NCBI RefSeq assembly: GCF_001194135.2
Contig: NC_069007.1
Location: 20,197,498 to 20,243,221 of the forward strand
From: Octopus bimaculoides
Lineage: Eukaryota
Reading direction: 5' to 3'
DNA length: 45,724 bases
Position 1 is the stretch's first letter, and each line of letters opens with the position of its first letter. Positions 1 through 12,189 of this stretch are shown here, in pieces. The position numbers and the translations under genes were made by a program. The notes below the pieces were generated by a model. It saw nothing but the letters and a program-made list of their open reading frames with translations. It was not told the origin of the DNA and ran no database searches.

Positions 1-276
1 GAAATTAACGTGCAAGTGGCTGAGCGCTCCACAGACACGTGTACCCTTAACGTGGTTCTCGGGGATATTCAGCGTGACACAGAGTGTGACAAGGCTGACC
101 CTTTGAATTACAGGCACGACAGGAACAGGAAGAAAGAGTGAGAGAAAGTTGTGGTGGAAGAGTACAGCAGGGTTCGCCACCATCCCTCTGCTGGAGCCTC
201 GTGGAGCTTTAGGTGTTTTCGCTCAATAAACACTCACAACGCCCGGTCTGGGAATCGAAACCGCGATCCTATGATC
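1..276 (-). mobile_element. tRNA-derived SINE fragment (family distinct from A, B and C)
   Basis: Pol III B-box GGTTTCGATTCC on the minus strand at 251-262; body is non-coding and repeat-like. Confidence 0.6.
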
Positions 277-750
277 CTGTCATGGGTATGCTTATTGTCT
301 TTGTAGACACACAACGGTTTTCATCCACAAATTTGAGAATTGTCTCAACCACTTCTAATGTTCTGATGTCTCTCTCTCCCTCCAACACCTCTCACCATTT
401 CTCGCCTCCTCTCTCCTGTCCTTGGACCTCTTGTACGAATAAAAAAACATGCTTGGCTCATACAAATTCATCTATAAGCGGTCTGGTGCATTTCATAAGT
501 CTCTAAGGCGTTTTTGTCTCGTTTAACACAAAACTTTGTTGCATGGCGAGCTTCCAAATTGTCTTCACGTCCTGGACTGCATTCTACAAAACTAGTCAAT
601 TGTGACGAGTAGTGTTCAGTAGGGTGTATTCAAAGTTCTGGAATTACAGAAGTTAGCAGATCAGCTTAAAATTATAATAATCTAGGACAGTTATAACAGC
701 CTCGCCTAAGAAAAGAATTGTCTAAAACCTTCTGGAGTGCATCTTGTATA
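277..750 (-). mobile_element. Degraded mariner transposase 5' portion
   Basis: Minus strand reads ARHATKFCVKRDKNALETYEMHQTAYR*ICMSQACFFYSYKRSKD...DENRCVSTKTI, a mariner N-terminal HTH pattern. TIR-like TACAAGATGCACTCCAGAAGG lies near 728-748. Confidence 0.75.
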
Positions 751-1321
751 TTAATTCAGATCAGTATATTTGTTTGTGAAGTTATAAACACAGTTCTCAA
801 ACTTTCGTTTTTGTCAACACTATCTTTGTTTAATTAGTTGTATGGACACAAGTAACAAAAGAACGTTTTGACTTTGAACGACAACTTGCATCGAGTGTAC
901 TTGTAAGATATTTTTATGGAGGATCGCCAAGTTATGCCTGGTTTTAGGAGGAGACAAGTAATTAGATAGATTTACATCTATATCTGTTATCGAGTTTTGT
1001 TAGGGCTTCATATTATAAAGATGCGGATGGGGAAAATGTGGGTCGAAGGTGATGTGCAAGCAACCCTGTCCCCTTACTGTTATAGAAAGTAAACAACAAC
1101 ACAAATAACTATGCAGAGGCAGCCATGGTTGAAACAAGAACAACAAGCATTCGTAAAAGTTTTCTTCCTCTGTTTAGACGAACTTTCCTACCTTTTTGGA
1201 CAAAACCTTTTGTAACCTTCGTCCTGTCTTTGTCCTTACATGTTTTTAATTGATATTAGCCCTTGTGGCCAATAAAACGAATTAATTCTTAAAAGAGAAA
1301 AGAAGCATGGCCATTCCTTAC

Positions 1322-1430
1322 CCAAGTGATCCTATGTTATCGTCCATCACTTGTTATGCGCTCATAAATTAGTTTGACAGTTGAGCCCTGATTGGCCGTA
1401 TGCAAATGAGTTCATAACTGGGGTCCGGAA
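1322..1430 (-). other. Candidate exon of a leftward-transcribed neighbouring gene
   Basis: Minus-strand acceptor ttttttcttatcag and donor TGG|GTAAGG. Contains GTGATGG (ATG at 1347) reading MDDNIGSL to the donor. No homology recognised. Confidence 0.35.
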
Positions 1431-1712
1431 CTGATAAGAAAAAAAGTTTCGCTTCCGAGAATTTCGGGTTGATTCTGGGTATTTTACTATTGCAGCGCAT
1501 CACCAGACGACAGTTTTTGTAATCCTTTCCGCAAACGCATTAACGTATCGATTATTGATTTTTATAACTGACGTTATCGGTTCGTCTGTTGTCAGCTTTC
1601 TGAGAAATAAAGATTCTTATCATAGCCACTCCTTCTCGGAAAACCCCGATACATACATACATACATAAGCATATATATATACATACATAAGCATATATAT
1701 ATACATACATAA

Positions 1713-1767
<55 letters not shown>

Positions 1768-2527
1768 CACATACATACATAAGCATATATATATACATAA
1801 TGCATACATAAGCATATATATATAATATATATACATATAATATATATACACATATATACATACACATACATACATATACTAATATCAAATATATATATAT
1901 ACACACACACATCGTTTTTTTCTCTTTTTTTCTTGTTTCAGTTAGACTGGTACCGCCTACACACACACTTATATACAGTCCGTCAAAATAAAAAAAAATC
2001 TTTCTAAACGTTTTTCTTTCCCTGAAGTGTATTAAATACACTTCAGGAAAAGAAAAATGTGTCGAAAGATTTCAATACTAAATTTACTGAGACATCACAG
2101 GATAAATCAAGTTACCATTAACCCCTACAGTTACAAGGGGTGCTCGAAGTGGTGGCCATTAGCTCCCAGACACTTATTATAGATTAACACAAAGTTACCT
2201 TTAACCTTTTTGCTTTCTGTATTTTTATGGCCTGAAAATTCCATGGATTCGTGAATAAGTTCGAGACACGTGGTGCCGTGTACAACGTGCAGAGGGGGAA
2301 ACACGACTGACTTCGCTTAGTAATAACTGCTGTTTCTTCGCCACAGAAGTCTTCTGCATAATTTGCACGCGAGGCAGGAATAAGCGGTAGAAGCATACGG
2401 CTGTAGGAGCTCGCTTAGCCCTGCCTAACTCTGAGATTCGTAACCGAATCTACACACTTGTTGCTTTTTTGGACGAACGTCTGATTCTATTGTTTTAACC
2501 TCGATGCTGGGAGACAATGAGAAGCAC

Positions 2528-2716
2528 CTGACCACCGGAGTCCTTTTTTTTTTCTCCTTAATTTTCTCCTTATTTATTTCTGTGTTCTTTTCAGTTGAAG
2601 AGCGTAGTTCGAAACGTTAAAGACTTTCTCTATTCCCGAGCGTGAAACTAATACATCCTTTTGTTGTTTACACCATCTGTCCTCGTCTGTTGTTGTTTTT
2701 TTCGTAAATTCTCCCA
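2528..2716 (+). mobile_element. Penelope-type terminal repeat (family F), copy 1
   Basis: Near-identical to 2828-3037 and similar to 26605-26760 and 31855-32020; contains a hammerhead-like motif. Confidence 0.6.
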
Positions 2717-2827
2717 TATATNNNNNNNNNNNNNNNNNNNNNNNNNNNNNNNNNNNNNNNNNNNNNNNNNNNNNNNNNNNNNNNNNNNNNNNNNNNNNNN
2801 NNNNNNNNNNNNNTATATATATATATA

Positions 2828-3037
2828 TTCGCCATGATAGATCGCTGACCACTACATTTATATTTTTTTCTCTCCTTGTTTCTCTCCTTATTTCTTTCTG
2901 TGTTCCTTTCAGTTGAAGAGCGTAGACTCGAAACGTTAAAGACTATCTCTATTCCCGAGCGTTAAACTAATACATCCTTTTGTTGTTTACACCATCTGTC
3001 CTCGTCTGTTGTTGTTTTTTTCGTAAATTCTCCCATA
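2828..3037 (+). mobile_element. Penelope-type terminal repeat (family F), copy 2, tandem to copy 1 across a gap
   Basis: Direct repeat of 2528-2716 with several substitutions. Confidence 0.6.
2906..2941 (+). ncRNA. Minimal type-I hammerhead-like motif with variant core
   Basis: CTTT-CAGTTGA-A-GAG(cgtaga)CTC-GAAA-CGT-T-AAAG: stem I CTTT/AAAG, stem II, palindromic ACGT stem III. Core CAGTTGA differs from CTGANGA at two positions. Confidence 0.5.
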
Positions 3038-3474
3038 CAGAAGGGTCAGTCTATTGCTTTAGGCTTGACATACTTCCTGGCCATACCCTATATAACTGAG
3101 ATTTTCTCCCTCTCTCTATCATCCTTTTCGGTTCAACAGGCTAATATAGAGCATGCCTCTCTTCGCGTCAGCTGTTAACTGGAAGCAATAATGGAAAGAG
3201 ACAACGGAATTCTTACCCTTTCCTCTTCTCAGTCAGCAGAACGCACAGATTACACACTACCAACTTTCAGCGAACCGCAAACTCATTCTACCATTGTCAA
3301 TTACTACTGTATCCGATTTACTAAACACAGCCGGAAAATAAATTTGGCGACTATTATTCTTTTCTCTTTGATGTTGTTATTACGCCGGTTCATCCTGCTT
3401 CCGACTATCTACGTATAACGACCTGGCGCGGAACAAGAAGCGCTATTTCTACTTGAATTAACTTAGAATCCTGT

Positions 3475-3768
3475 ACGAGATCAAGAACAAAAACAAGAAC
3501 AAGCTGGTGAATTAGTTAAGTAGTAGTAGTAGTAGTAGTAGTAGTAACAACATTATCAACAGCATCATTATCATCACCAACAGCAGCAGCAATAATAACA
3601 CAATCAGTAGTAGTAGTAGTGGTGGTGGTGGTGATGGTGAAAGAAGTTTTGACGATTAAAAAGCCAAGAGGTGGAGGCTTGTGTTTTTGTTAATATACAA
3701 CTCTGTACATTTCACCAGGAAGCTACAATTAACACCCAAGTCGAAGCCGCTTTTAATTATCATTATTA
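3475..3768 (+). repeat. ~294-bp segment duplicated at 6991-7284
   Basis: Unique sequence matches; copies differ in (TAG)n/(TGG)n unit numbers. The second copy abuts an N gap. Confidence 0.85.
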
Positions 3769-3868
3769 CAATTAAGGTATGACTTTAATAATCAATTATA
3801 TCATAATTATCTGATAATTAATTATATATATGATTGTTACCTCCGATGTGAGAACCCTACATTCGGTA

Positions 3869-4266
3869 CAGCGATGGATTAACCATTAAGCAAAATAAGT
3901 ACGTGCTTATGGCATCAAGGGAAGGAGGAGGTGGCACCACAGAAATGGTATATGGCTTACGGCACAAATGAAATCACTTTAAACTTGCTATAATAATATT
4001 CAAGATGTCTTTATCTCTAAGTATAGATGCAGATAATTTTGAGGATCTGATCAAAAACTTTGCAATTCAAGGTGGAAACTTTCCAAATAAAAAGTGGAAA
4101 TATACAAAAATAAACATTTTCCCTCTTACGGTTTTATTTCGTTTTGAAAAATAGAAATTCATTTTATGGTTTATTATTGTTTATATTTTGAATTACATAA
4201 TCTTTTATGGGGGGCACCAAAATCCTTTAAGTGCTAAGGGCCTCGATGGGGATTAATCCGGCCCTG
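3869..4266. mobile_element. hAT-type MITE
   Basis: Ends CAGCGATGGATTAA ... TTAATCCGGCCCTG (degenerate CAGGGCCGGATTAA TIR). Flanks cattcggta / cattcgta approximate an 8-bp TSD. Confidence 0.6.
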
Positions 4267-4359
4267 CATTCGTACATTACATATGGTGACCCTTCACATC
4301 TTACCACTACATTTAGTGACTCCAGAGTACACATCTGCAGGTTACATGGCCCATTGTTA

Positions 4360-4502
4360 TAAAAGCTAAGTAGAAAAGTTTATATCCTAAGACTACGACG
4401 ATCCTGATCGAAGAATCGAGTTTTGAGAGTAGTTTCAACACATGGTAGGCAAGAATGAACAGTTTGTGAGGACGATTGCGTGGTTTGATGAAGCACAATT
4501 TG
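4360..4502 (+). mobile_element. Tc1/mariner (DUF4817-type) transposase fossil
   Basis: K*KVYILRL then DDPDRRIEF*E*FQHMVGKNEQFVRTIAWFDEAQF (first catalytic Asp region), with stops and a frameshift. Confidence 0.65.
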
Positions 4503-5052
4503 GTACCTTTTGGTTATCTCACCCCCATTTAAAAAATTGCCATTAAAAAACTGGGTTATCTCCCCACTAAAAAATTGAATTTATGTGGCGACAAGAGATT
4601 GGATTAAAAGAGTTAGATCCTTTTGATTCAATACTTCAACACATTGTTGACTTTTGGCCTCCTCAATAGACATGCTATGATTTGTTGTAAACATATTATC
4701 AGATTCAGTAAGATGTTTAAATCCAATATTTTCAGCTTTCATGCTTATTAATCTTTTCTGCCAGCGCGCTGCATTGATAATAATAATAATAATAATAAAT
4801 TCCTATCATAGTAGGTGCCTTAGGTATAATAATAATAATATTCAGACAAATACATAACAAAAACACCAGGACTTACAAATATATATAACATACAGAAAAT
4901 TACACTACTGAGCACTGCACACATCCTACGCAAAACACTTTCAATACAGTAAACATAAGAGCACCACAGAAAACCACAGCACGTACCCAAGGCACACAGA
5001 GCTGCGCTCGGTAGTGAAGTGAAAGCACGTTATAAAAATAAAACTACTGAAC

Positions 5053-5094
<42 letters not shown>

Positions 5095-5652
5095 TTCGTT
5101 ATTAACCACAAGGGCATACNNNNNNNNNNNNNNNNNNNNNNNNNNNNNNNNNNNNNNNNNNNNNNNNNNNNNNNNNNNNNNNNNNNNNNNNNNNNNNNNN
5201 NNNNNNNNNNNNNNNNNNNNNNNNNNNNNNNNNNNNNNNNNNNNNNNNNNNNNNNNNNNNNNNNNNNNNNNNNNNNNNNNNNNNNNNNNNNNNNNNNNNN
5301 NNNNNNNNNNNNNNNNNNNNNNNNNNNNNNNNNNNNNNNNNNNNNNNNNNNNNNNNNNNNNNNNNNNNNNNNNNNNNNNNNNNNNNNNNNNNNNNNNNNN
5401 NNNNNNNNNNNNNNNNNNNNNNNNNNNNNNNNNNNNNNNNNNNNNNNNNNNNNNNNNNNNNNNNNNNNNNNNNNNNNNNNNNNNNNNNNNNNNNNNNNNN
5501 NNNNNNNNNNNNNNNNNNNNNNNNNNNNNNNNNNNNNNNNNNNNNNNNNNNNNNNNNNNNNNNNNNNNNNNNNNNNNNNNNNNNNNNNNNNNNNNNNNNN
5601 NNNNNNNNNNNNNNNNNNNNNNNNNNNNNNNNNNNNNNNNNNNNNNNNNNNN

Positions 5653-5688
<36 letters not shown>

Positions 5689-5692
<4 letters not shown>

Positions 5693-5893
5693 TGTGTGTT
5701 TGTGTTTGTCCCACCATCACTTGACAACCGATGTTTGTGTGTTTACGTCCCCGTAACTTAGCGCGGTTCGGCAAACAGACGATAGAATAAGTACTAGGCT
5801 TCCAAAGAATAAGTCCTGAGGTCGATTTGCTCGACTAAAGGTGGTGCTCCAGCATGGCTGCAGTCAACTGATTGAAACAAATAAAAGAATAAA
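5689..5893 (+). mobile_element. SINE family A, 3' half
   Basis: cttgacaaccgatg...gtaacttagcg...ggttcggc...ctccagcatggc...gaaacaa matches the full-length copies at 30121 and 42823. Confidence 0.85.
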
Positions 5894-6100
5894 TCTTTAT
5901 CTCGTTTCAACCACTGGACTGCGGCCATGCTGGAGCAATGCCTTAAATGGAGCAAATCGGCCCTAGTACTAATTTTTTTTTTTTAAAGTCCGGTTATCAT
6001 TCTATTGGTCTCTTTTGTCGAGTTGCAAAGTTACGAGGAGGTATACAAACCAACACGGGCTGTCAAAGGGTGGTGGAGGAGAAACACAAACACATACATA
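5894..6100 (-). mobile_element. SINE family A, 3' half, tail-to-tail with previous copy
   Basis: Reverse complement of the family A 3' region, diverged. Confidence 0.75.
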
Positions 6101-6514
6101 CATATAGATATACAAACAGATAGATAGATAGATAGATGTATTAGCTTAAATCTATTTATAACAATATAATAAAACTTTCTTTTCGATAATTAGAGCTGCC
6201 TTGTTAATTATTTGTTAATAATTAATTAGGTAAAGGAAAGAAAAGAAAAGAAAAAGTCGAGATTAATAACGATTTTTAAGACGTATGATCACACACACAC
6301 ACATTTATATATATAGTGTGTGTGTAAAGTTGCATCATTCATATATATATATATATATATATATACGGTGGTGCATCAGCATGGCCGCAGCTCTGAGCTG
6401 AAACTTTGAAATGAAATGAAATGAAAAAATATACACACACACACACACAAATATGTAAAGTATATCTCGGAAAAACCCAGCTGTAATTGCTATATATAGA
6501 TAGAAAACAGACAC

Positions 6515-6555
<41 letters not shown>

Positions 6556-6559
6556 CAGG

Positions 6560-6613
<54 letters not shown>

Positions 6614-6990
6614 TTCATTTTTTCTTTTCGACTTCACTCTCCCGCCTTCTCTCTCTCTTTCTCTCTATCTATCTATCTATCTATAGATATCTTTATCTGT
6701 CTCTCTATCTCTATCTCTCTCTCCCGGTTTAGAAACGGTGGTGGGTGACGGTGGCGGTGGGCTTCTTTTATTTTTTAAATCAAACCGAATGGACCGCCAC
6801 AACAGCAGCGAATACTACTATACTACAACTACTATTACTACGGCCGCTGCTGTTATTAATAGGTGTTCCTGCTTTTAGCAGCAGCAGCAGCAATAATAAT
6901 ACTTCCAGTAGTAGTAGTAGCAGCAGTACTACCACCACCACAATCGTCATCATTTCAAGTAGCAGCAGCAGCAACATCCTAAACAGAAGA

Positions 6991-7284
6991 ACGAGATCAA
7001 GAACAAAAACAAGAACAAGCTGGTGAATTAGTTAAGTAGTAGTAGTAGTAGTAGTAGTAGTAACAACATTATCAACAGCATCATTATCATCACCAACAGC
7101 AGCAGCAATAATAACACAATCAGTAGTAGTAGTAGTAGTGGTGGTGGTGGTGGTGAAAGAAGTTTTGACGATTAAAAAGCCAAGAGGTGGAGGCTTGTGT
7201 TTTTGTTAATATACAACTCTGTACATTTCACCAGGAAGCTACAATTAACACCCAAGTCGAAGCCGCTTTTAATTATCATTATTA
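6991..7284 (+). repeat. Second copy of 3475-3768
   Basis: Direct repeat at offset 3516, ending at the gap starting 7285. Confidence 0.85.
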
Positions 7285-8476
7285 NNNNNNNNNNNNNNNN
7301 NNNNNNNNNNNNNNNNNNNNNNNNNNNNNNNNNNNNNNNNNNNNNNNNNNNNNNNNNNNNNNNNNNNNNNNNNNNNNNNNNNNNNNNNNNNNNNNNNNNN
7401 NNNNNNNNNNNNNNNNNNNNNNNNNNNNNNNNNNNNNNNNNNNNNNNNNNNNNNNNNNNNNNNNNNNNNNNNNNNNNNNNNNNNNNNNNNNNNNNNNNNN
7501 NNNNNNNNNNNNNNNNNNNNNNNNNNNNNNNNNNNNNNNNNNNNNNNNNNNNNNNNNNNNNNNNNNNNNNNNNNNNNNNNNNNNNNNNNNNNNNNNNNNN
7601 NNNNNNNNNNNNNNNNNNNNNNNNNNNNNNNNNNNNNNNNNNNNNNNNNNNNNNNNNNNNNNNNNNNNNNNNNNNNNNNNNNNNNNNNNNNNNNNNNNNN
7701 NNNNNNNNNNNNNNNNNNNNNNNNNNNNNNNNNNNNNNNNNNNNNNNNNNNNNNNNNNNNNNNNNNNNNNNNNNNNNNNNNNNNNNNNNNNNNNNNNNNN
7801 NNNNNNNNNNNNNNNNNNNNNNNNNNNNNNNNNNNNNNNNNNNNNNNNNNNNNNNNNNNNNNNGAGTTTATTTTGCTTTTTTAAATCGGTTATGATTTTC
7901 TGATTCAGGATCTAATGTAGTTTCGTTTTTGTTTTCTATTATAAAGTCCTTATAATCGGTATGCTGATCGATAGATAGATAGACAGATCGATCGATCGAC
8001 AGACAGATCGATCGATCGATAGATAGATAGATAGGGCGTTTTGAAGAATAGCGTCGTAAATTATGTTGTATACCCAAAACGGTAACATCTTCGGATGACG
8101 ATACATATTTTATGCATCGTAGATGATTACCGTTCTGCTAAGAAAAAAAAAATTGTGAGCCTTGTGTCATTTTCCGGTTTACACTGACTTTCTTTTGACA
8201 CAATTTTGTTTTTCTGAGTTTGCTTGCAATATCAAAGATTATATAATTCTTCAAAAATATGCATAACTTTTTAAAACACGAGGGGCTAATGCAGTTTCGC
8301 ACCACACCTTGAAAAATGCATTTCTTTTTTTTTTTTTTTTCGGATTCCTACGTAAACACCTAAAACTAACCAAAGTTTTTATTATTATTATTATGGAATC
8401 ATGATCTACAATTCTTGAAACATACATCTAGAGAAATTTTCGACGCTGTTCTATAGAAATACATATATAATTGTTC

Positions 8477-8650
8477 TTTTATCTTGCTTTAGTCATTGGA
8501 CTGCGGTCGTACTGGGGCACCGCCTCGAAGTACTTATCTTCATAAATCTAGCATTTATTCTCGAGTCTCTTTAACGAAACCGCTAAGTTACAGTAACAGA
8601 AATAAACCAACACCGGTTATCAACCGGTGTGGAGACACGCACGCACGCAA
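8477..8650 (-). mobile_element. SINE family A, 3' half (diverged)
   Basis: gtcattggactgcggtc..., ccgctaagttac..., ccaacaccggttatcaac. Confidence 0.7.
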
Positions 8651-8810
8651 GCACACATATATAAATCGAACTGGACTGTATTATATATCCATTACAGCCG
8701 ATCTTAGCAATCGGTCGTAATGAATATATAATACTATACACTTCGATTAATATGACCACACTATTGACAAATATACCAGTGCATTTTTTCATGACTTATG
8801 GACTTTCATA

Positions 8811-8995
8811 TGTATTTGTGTCTGTCCCCCACCCCTTACTATCGCTTAACAACCGATGTTGGTGTGTTTACGTATCCGTAACTTAGCAGTTCGGCAAACA
8901 GACAACGATGTAATAAGTCCTGGGGTCGATTTCTTCGACTAAAGGTGCGCCAGCATGGCCGCAGTCAAATAACTGAAACAAGTAAAAGAATAAAG
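8811..8995 (+). mobile_element. SINE family A, 3' half
   Basis: caaccgatgttggtgtgtttacg...gtaacttagcagttcggc...ccagcatggccgcagtcaaa...gaaacaagtaaaag. Confidence 0.85.
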
Positions 8996-9829
8996 GCATA
9001 TATATATATATATATATATATNNNNNNNNNNNNNNNNNNNNNNNNNNNNNNNNNNNNNNNNNNNNNNNNNNNNNNNNNNNNNNNNNNNNNNNNNNNNNNN
9101 NNNNNNNNNNNNNNNNNNNNNNNNNNNNNNNNNNNNNNNNNNNNNNNNNNNNNNNNNNNNNNNNNNNNNNNNNNNNNNNNNNNNNNNNNNNNNNNNNNNN
9201 NNNNNNNNNNNNNNNNNNNNNNNNNNNNNNNNNNNNNNNNNNNNNNNNNNNNNNNNNNNNNNNNNNNNNNNNNNNNNNNNNNNNNNNNNNNNNNNNNNNN
9301 NNNNNNNNNNNNNNNNNNNNNNNNNNNNNNNNNNNNNNNNNNNNNNNNNNNNNNNNNNNNNNNNNNNNNNNNNNNNNNNNNNNNNNNNNNNNNNNNNNNN
9401 NNNNNNNNNNNNNNNNNNNNNNNNNNNNNNNNNNNNNNNNNNNNNNNNNNNNNNNNNNNNNNNNNNNNNNNNNNNNNNNNNNNNNNNNNNNNNNNNNNNN
9501 NNNNNNNNNNNNNNNNNNNNNNNNNNNNNNNNNNNNNNNNNNNNNNNNNNNNNNNNNNNNNNNNNNNNNNNNNNNNNNNNNNNNNNNNNNNNNNTGTAAC
9601 CCCCACCCTCCACCCACTCGATCTAATTAAGGAGTAACGATAGATTGTCTTCATACGTGAAGGCCACAAGATTCGTTCATACACGCGCAGGTTTGCCATA
9701 CCCGACATAAACGCAAATTAAACTTCATCATGACATTTAATTACTAGATAGGAACCGAAGAAGAAAACCTATGAACGAAGGCATTCTAGCCGTGACCTGA
9801 CCATCAAGTCTTTTCGTATATATATATAT

Positions 9830-9860
<31 letters not shown>

Positions 9861-10440
9861 GAGGACTACATTATCTCATGTACATTTCATTTTCTCAATG
9901 TGATATTTGAAATAAACTCGTCTGCTATTTCTCGCAAGCGAACCCGATAACTAGTGTTGTTGTTTCGCTCCAAGTCAGTCCCGATTGAACAGCATAATGA
10001 TCATAGCAGACGTTCTAGCCGTGACCATTCTATGCGCAGGGTCAGGTTTTATAATCTAAGGGCGATTTTGACTTATTTCTAGCATTTCCAATAGTTACAT
10101 AGAGAGGCTCGTTCGTTTTCATCAGCTGTTGATGTTTAACCGCCAGCTTTACTTTCGTCCTATACGAGATCTATGATCATAGACGTTACATACGTGACCA
10201 TCTCCTCTGTTAATCTGTAAAGGTGATTAGAATTCTTTTGGTTTGTTTAGCCCCAAATTTATATGTATAGTTTAGATTGCTATTGAGCAGAAGCAACAGA
10301 GTGACTCGAGGGCCGACAGTTTCCTACGTTAACACATAGCACTTTGGTAAGTGCTAACACACGAACTCTCGGCCCTGCTACTTCAGTTAAATATTGATTT
10401 CAAGTTTTGGCACAAGTTCAGCAATTTCGTTGAAGGGAAG

Positions 10441-10700
10441 AAGTCGACCTCGGCGGAATTTGAACTCAGAACGTAAAGACGGACGAAAAACCGCTAAACA
10501 TATTTCGCTCGGCGGCCTGCTAACGTTTCTTATTTCTTTATTGCCCACACGGGGCTACACACAGAGGGGACAAACAAGGGCAGACAAAGGGATTAAGTCG
10601 ATTATATCGACCCCAGTGCGTAACTGGTACTTATTTAATCGACCCCGAAAGGATGAAAGGCGAACTCAGAACGTAACGGCAGACGAAATACCGCTAAGCA
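10441..10700 (-). mobile_element. SINE family B, two rearranged pieces
   Basis: aagtcgacctcggcggaatttgaactcagaacgtaa (B-box GAGTTCAAATTCC on minus strand); shares body with 34255-34487. Confidence 0.85.
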
Positions 10701-11398
10701 NNNNNNNNNNNNNNNNNNNNNNNNNNNNNNNNNNNNNNNNNNNNNNNNNNNNNNNNNNNNNNNNNNNNNNNNNNNNNNNNNNNNNNNNNNNNNNNNNNNN
10801 NNNNNNNNNNNNNNNNNNNNNNNNNNNNNNNNNNNNNNNNNNNNNNNNNNNNNNNNNNNNNNNNNNNNNNNNNNNNNNNNNNNNNNNNNNNNNNNNNNNN
10901 NNNNNNNNNNNNNNNNNNNNNNNNNNNNNNNNNNNNNNNNNNNNNNNNNNNNNNNNNNNNNNNNNNNNNNNNNNNNNNNNNNNNNNNNNNNNNNNNNNNN
11001 NNNNNNNNNNNNNNNNNNNNNNNNNNNNNNNNNNNNNNNNNNNNNNNNNNNNNNNNNNNNNNNNNNNNNNNNNNNNNNNNNNNNNNNNNNNNNNNNNNNN
11101 NNNNNNNNNNNNNNNNNNNNNNNNNNNNNNNNNNNNNNNNNNNNNNNNNNNNNNNNNNNNNNNNNNNNNNNNNNNNNNNNNNNNNNNNNNNNNNNNNNNN
11201 NNNNNNNNNNNNNNNNNNNNNNNNNNNNNNNNNNNNNNNNNNNNNNNNNNNNNNNNNNNNNNNNNNNNNNNNNNNNNNNNNNNNNNNNNNNNNNNNNNNN
11301 NNNNNNNNNNNNNNNNNNNNNNNNNNNNNNNNNNNNNNNNNNNNNNNNNNNNNNNNNNNNNNNNNNNNNNNNNNNNNNNNNNNNNNNNNNNNNNNNNN

Positions 11399-11623
11399 GG
11401 CACATAAAAGACACCATTTCGAGCGTGGCCGTTTTCGTGCGGGTGACACGTAAAAGCACCCACTACACTCTCTGAGTGGTTGGTGTTAGGAAGGGCATCC
11501 AGCTGTAGAAACTCTGCCAAATCAGATTGGAGCCTGGTGTTGCCATCTGGTTTCACCAGTCCTCAGTCAAATCGTCCAACCCATGCTAGCATGGAAAGCG
11601 GACGTTAAACGATGATGATGATG
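11399..11623 (+). mobile_element. SINE/LINE-tail family C with (GAT)n tail
   Basis: Reverse complement of 19613-19800; contains aggaagggcatccagc and ends gttaaacgatgatgatg. Confidence 0.85.
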
Positions 11624-11959
11624 CGTGATTTTCCTTTAAGCACCTCGTATAACCTCTTATAACTTCTTTTATCTATTGGGATTTCCAGAAAACGTTTGCA
11701 AATTTGTGTTTTACACACGAGAATTCATACAATTGTACAAAAGAAACAAATTTTTATCAGGTGTAATTAGGAAGTGGAGATTTGGGTTTTTTATAACAGC
11801 ATGAATTCCCATGTGTAGAACACATTTACAGAAGTTTTGTGAAAATTCCCAAAAATATACTAGTTATGGGGTGCTTAAACCAGAATTTTTCATGTGTATA
11901 TTTATATTCATTTTATTGTAATTAATAATTTAAATATTGGGGTCTGTGATTGTTGTTTT

Positions 11960-12189
11960 TTAACCCCTTCGTTACCATATTTTGAGATGCTCTGTGCTTC
12001 TTTCAATTGATTTTAAATATAACAAAGAATTTAGTAAAATAACTTGGTTATCATTCAGCTAGTGTCAGGAACATAAATTGTGACTAAGGTTTGGTGGAAG
12101 ATTTTAATTCAGAACTTTTGAAAACAAGACATTTGTAGTACAGAGCCAGAGATGGTTTCAGGTAGGTTGGTATACATCAAAAGGATTAA
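11960..12189 (+). mobile_element. piggyBac-type MITE
   Basis: TTAA-CCCCTTCGTTACCA ... TGGTA..AAAGGA-TTAA; same body as 13173-13403. Confidence 0.75.

Noticed and set aside
1388-1407. Adjacent NF-Y (GGCCAATCAG on minus) and octamer (ATGCAAAT) motifs
   Set aside because: No downstream snRNA, histone gene or TATA seen; it overlaps a candidate exon, and such motif pairs also occur in transposon ends.
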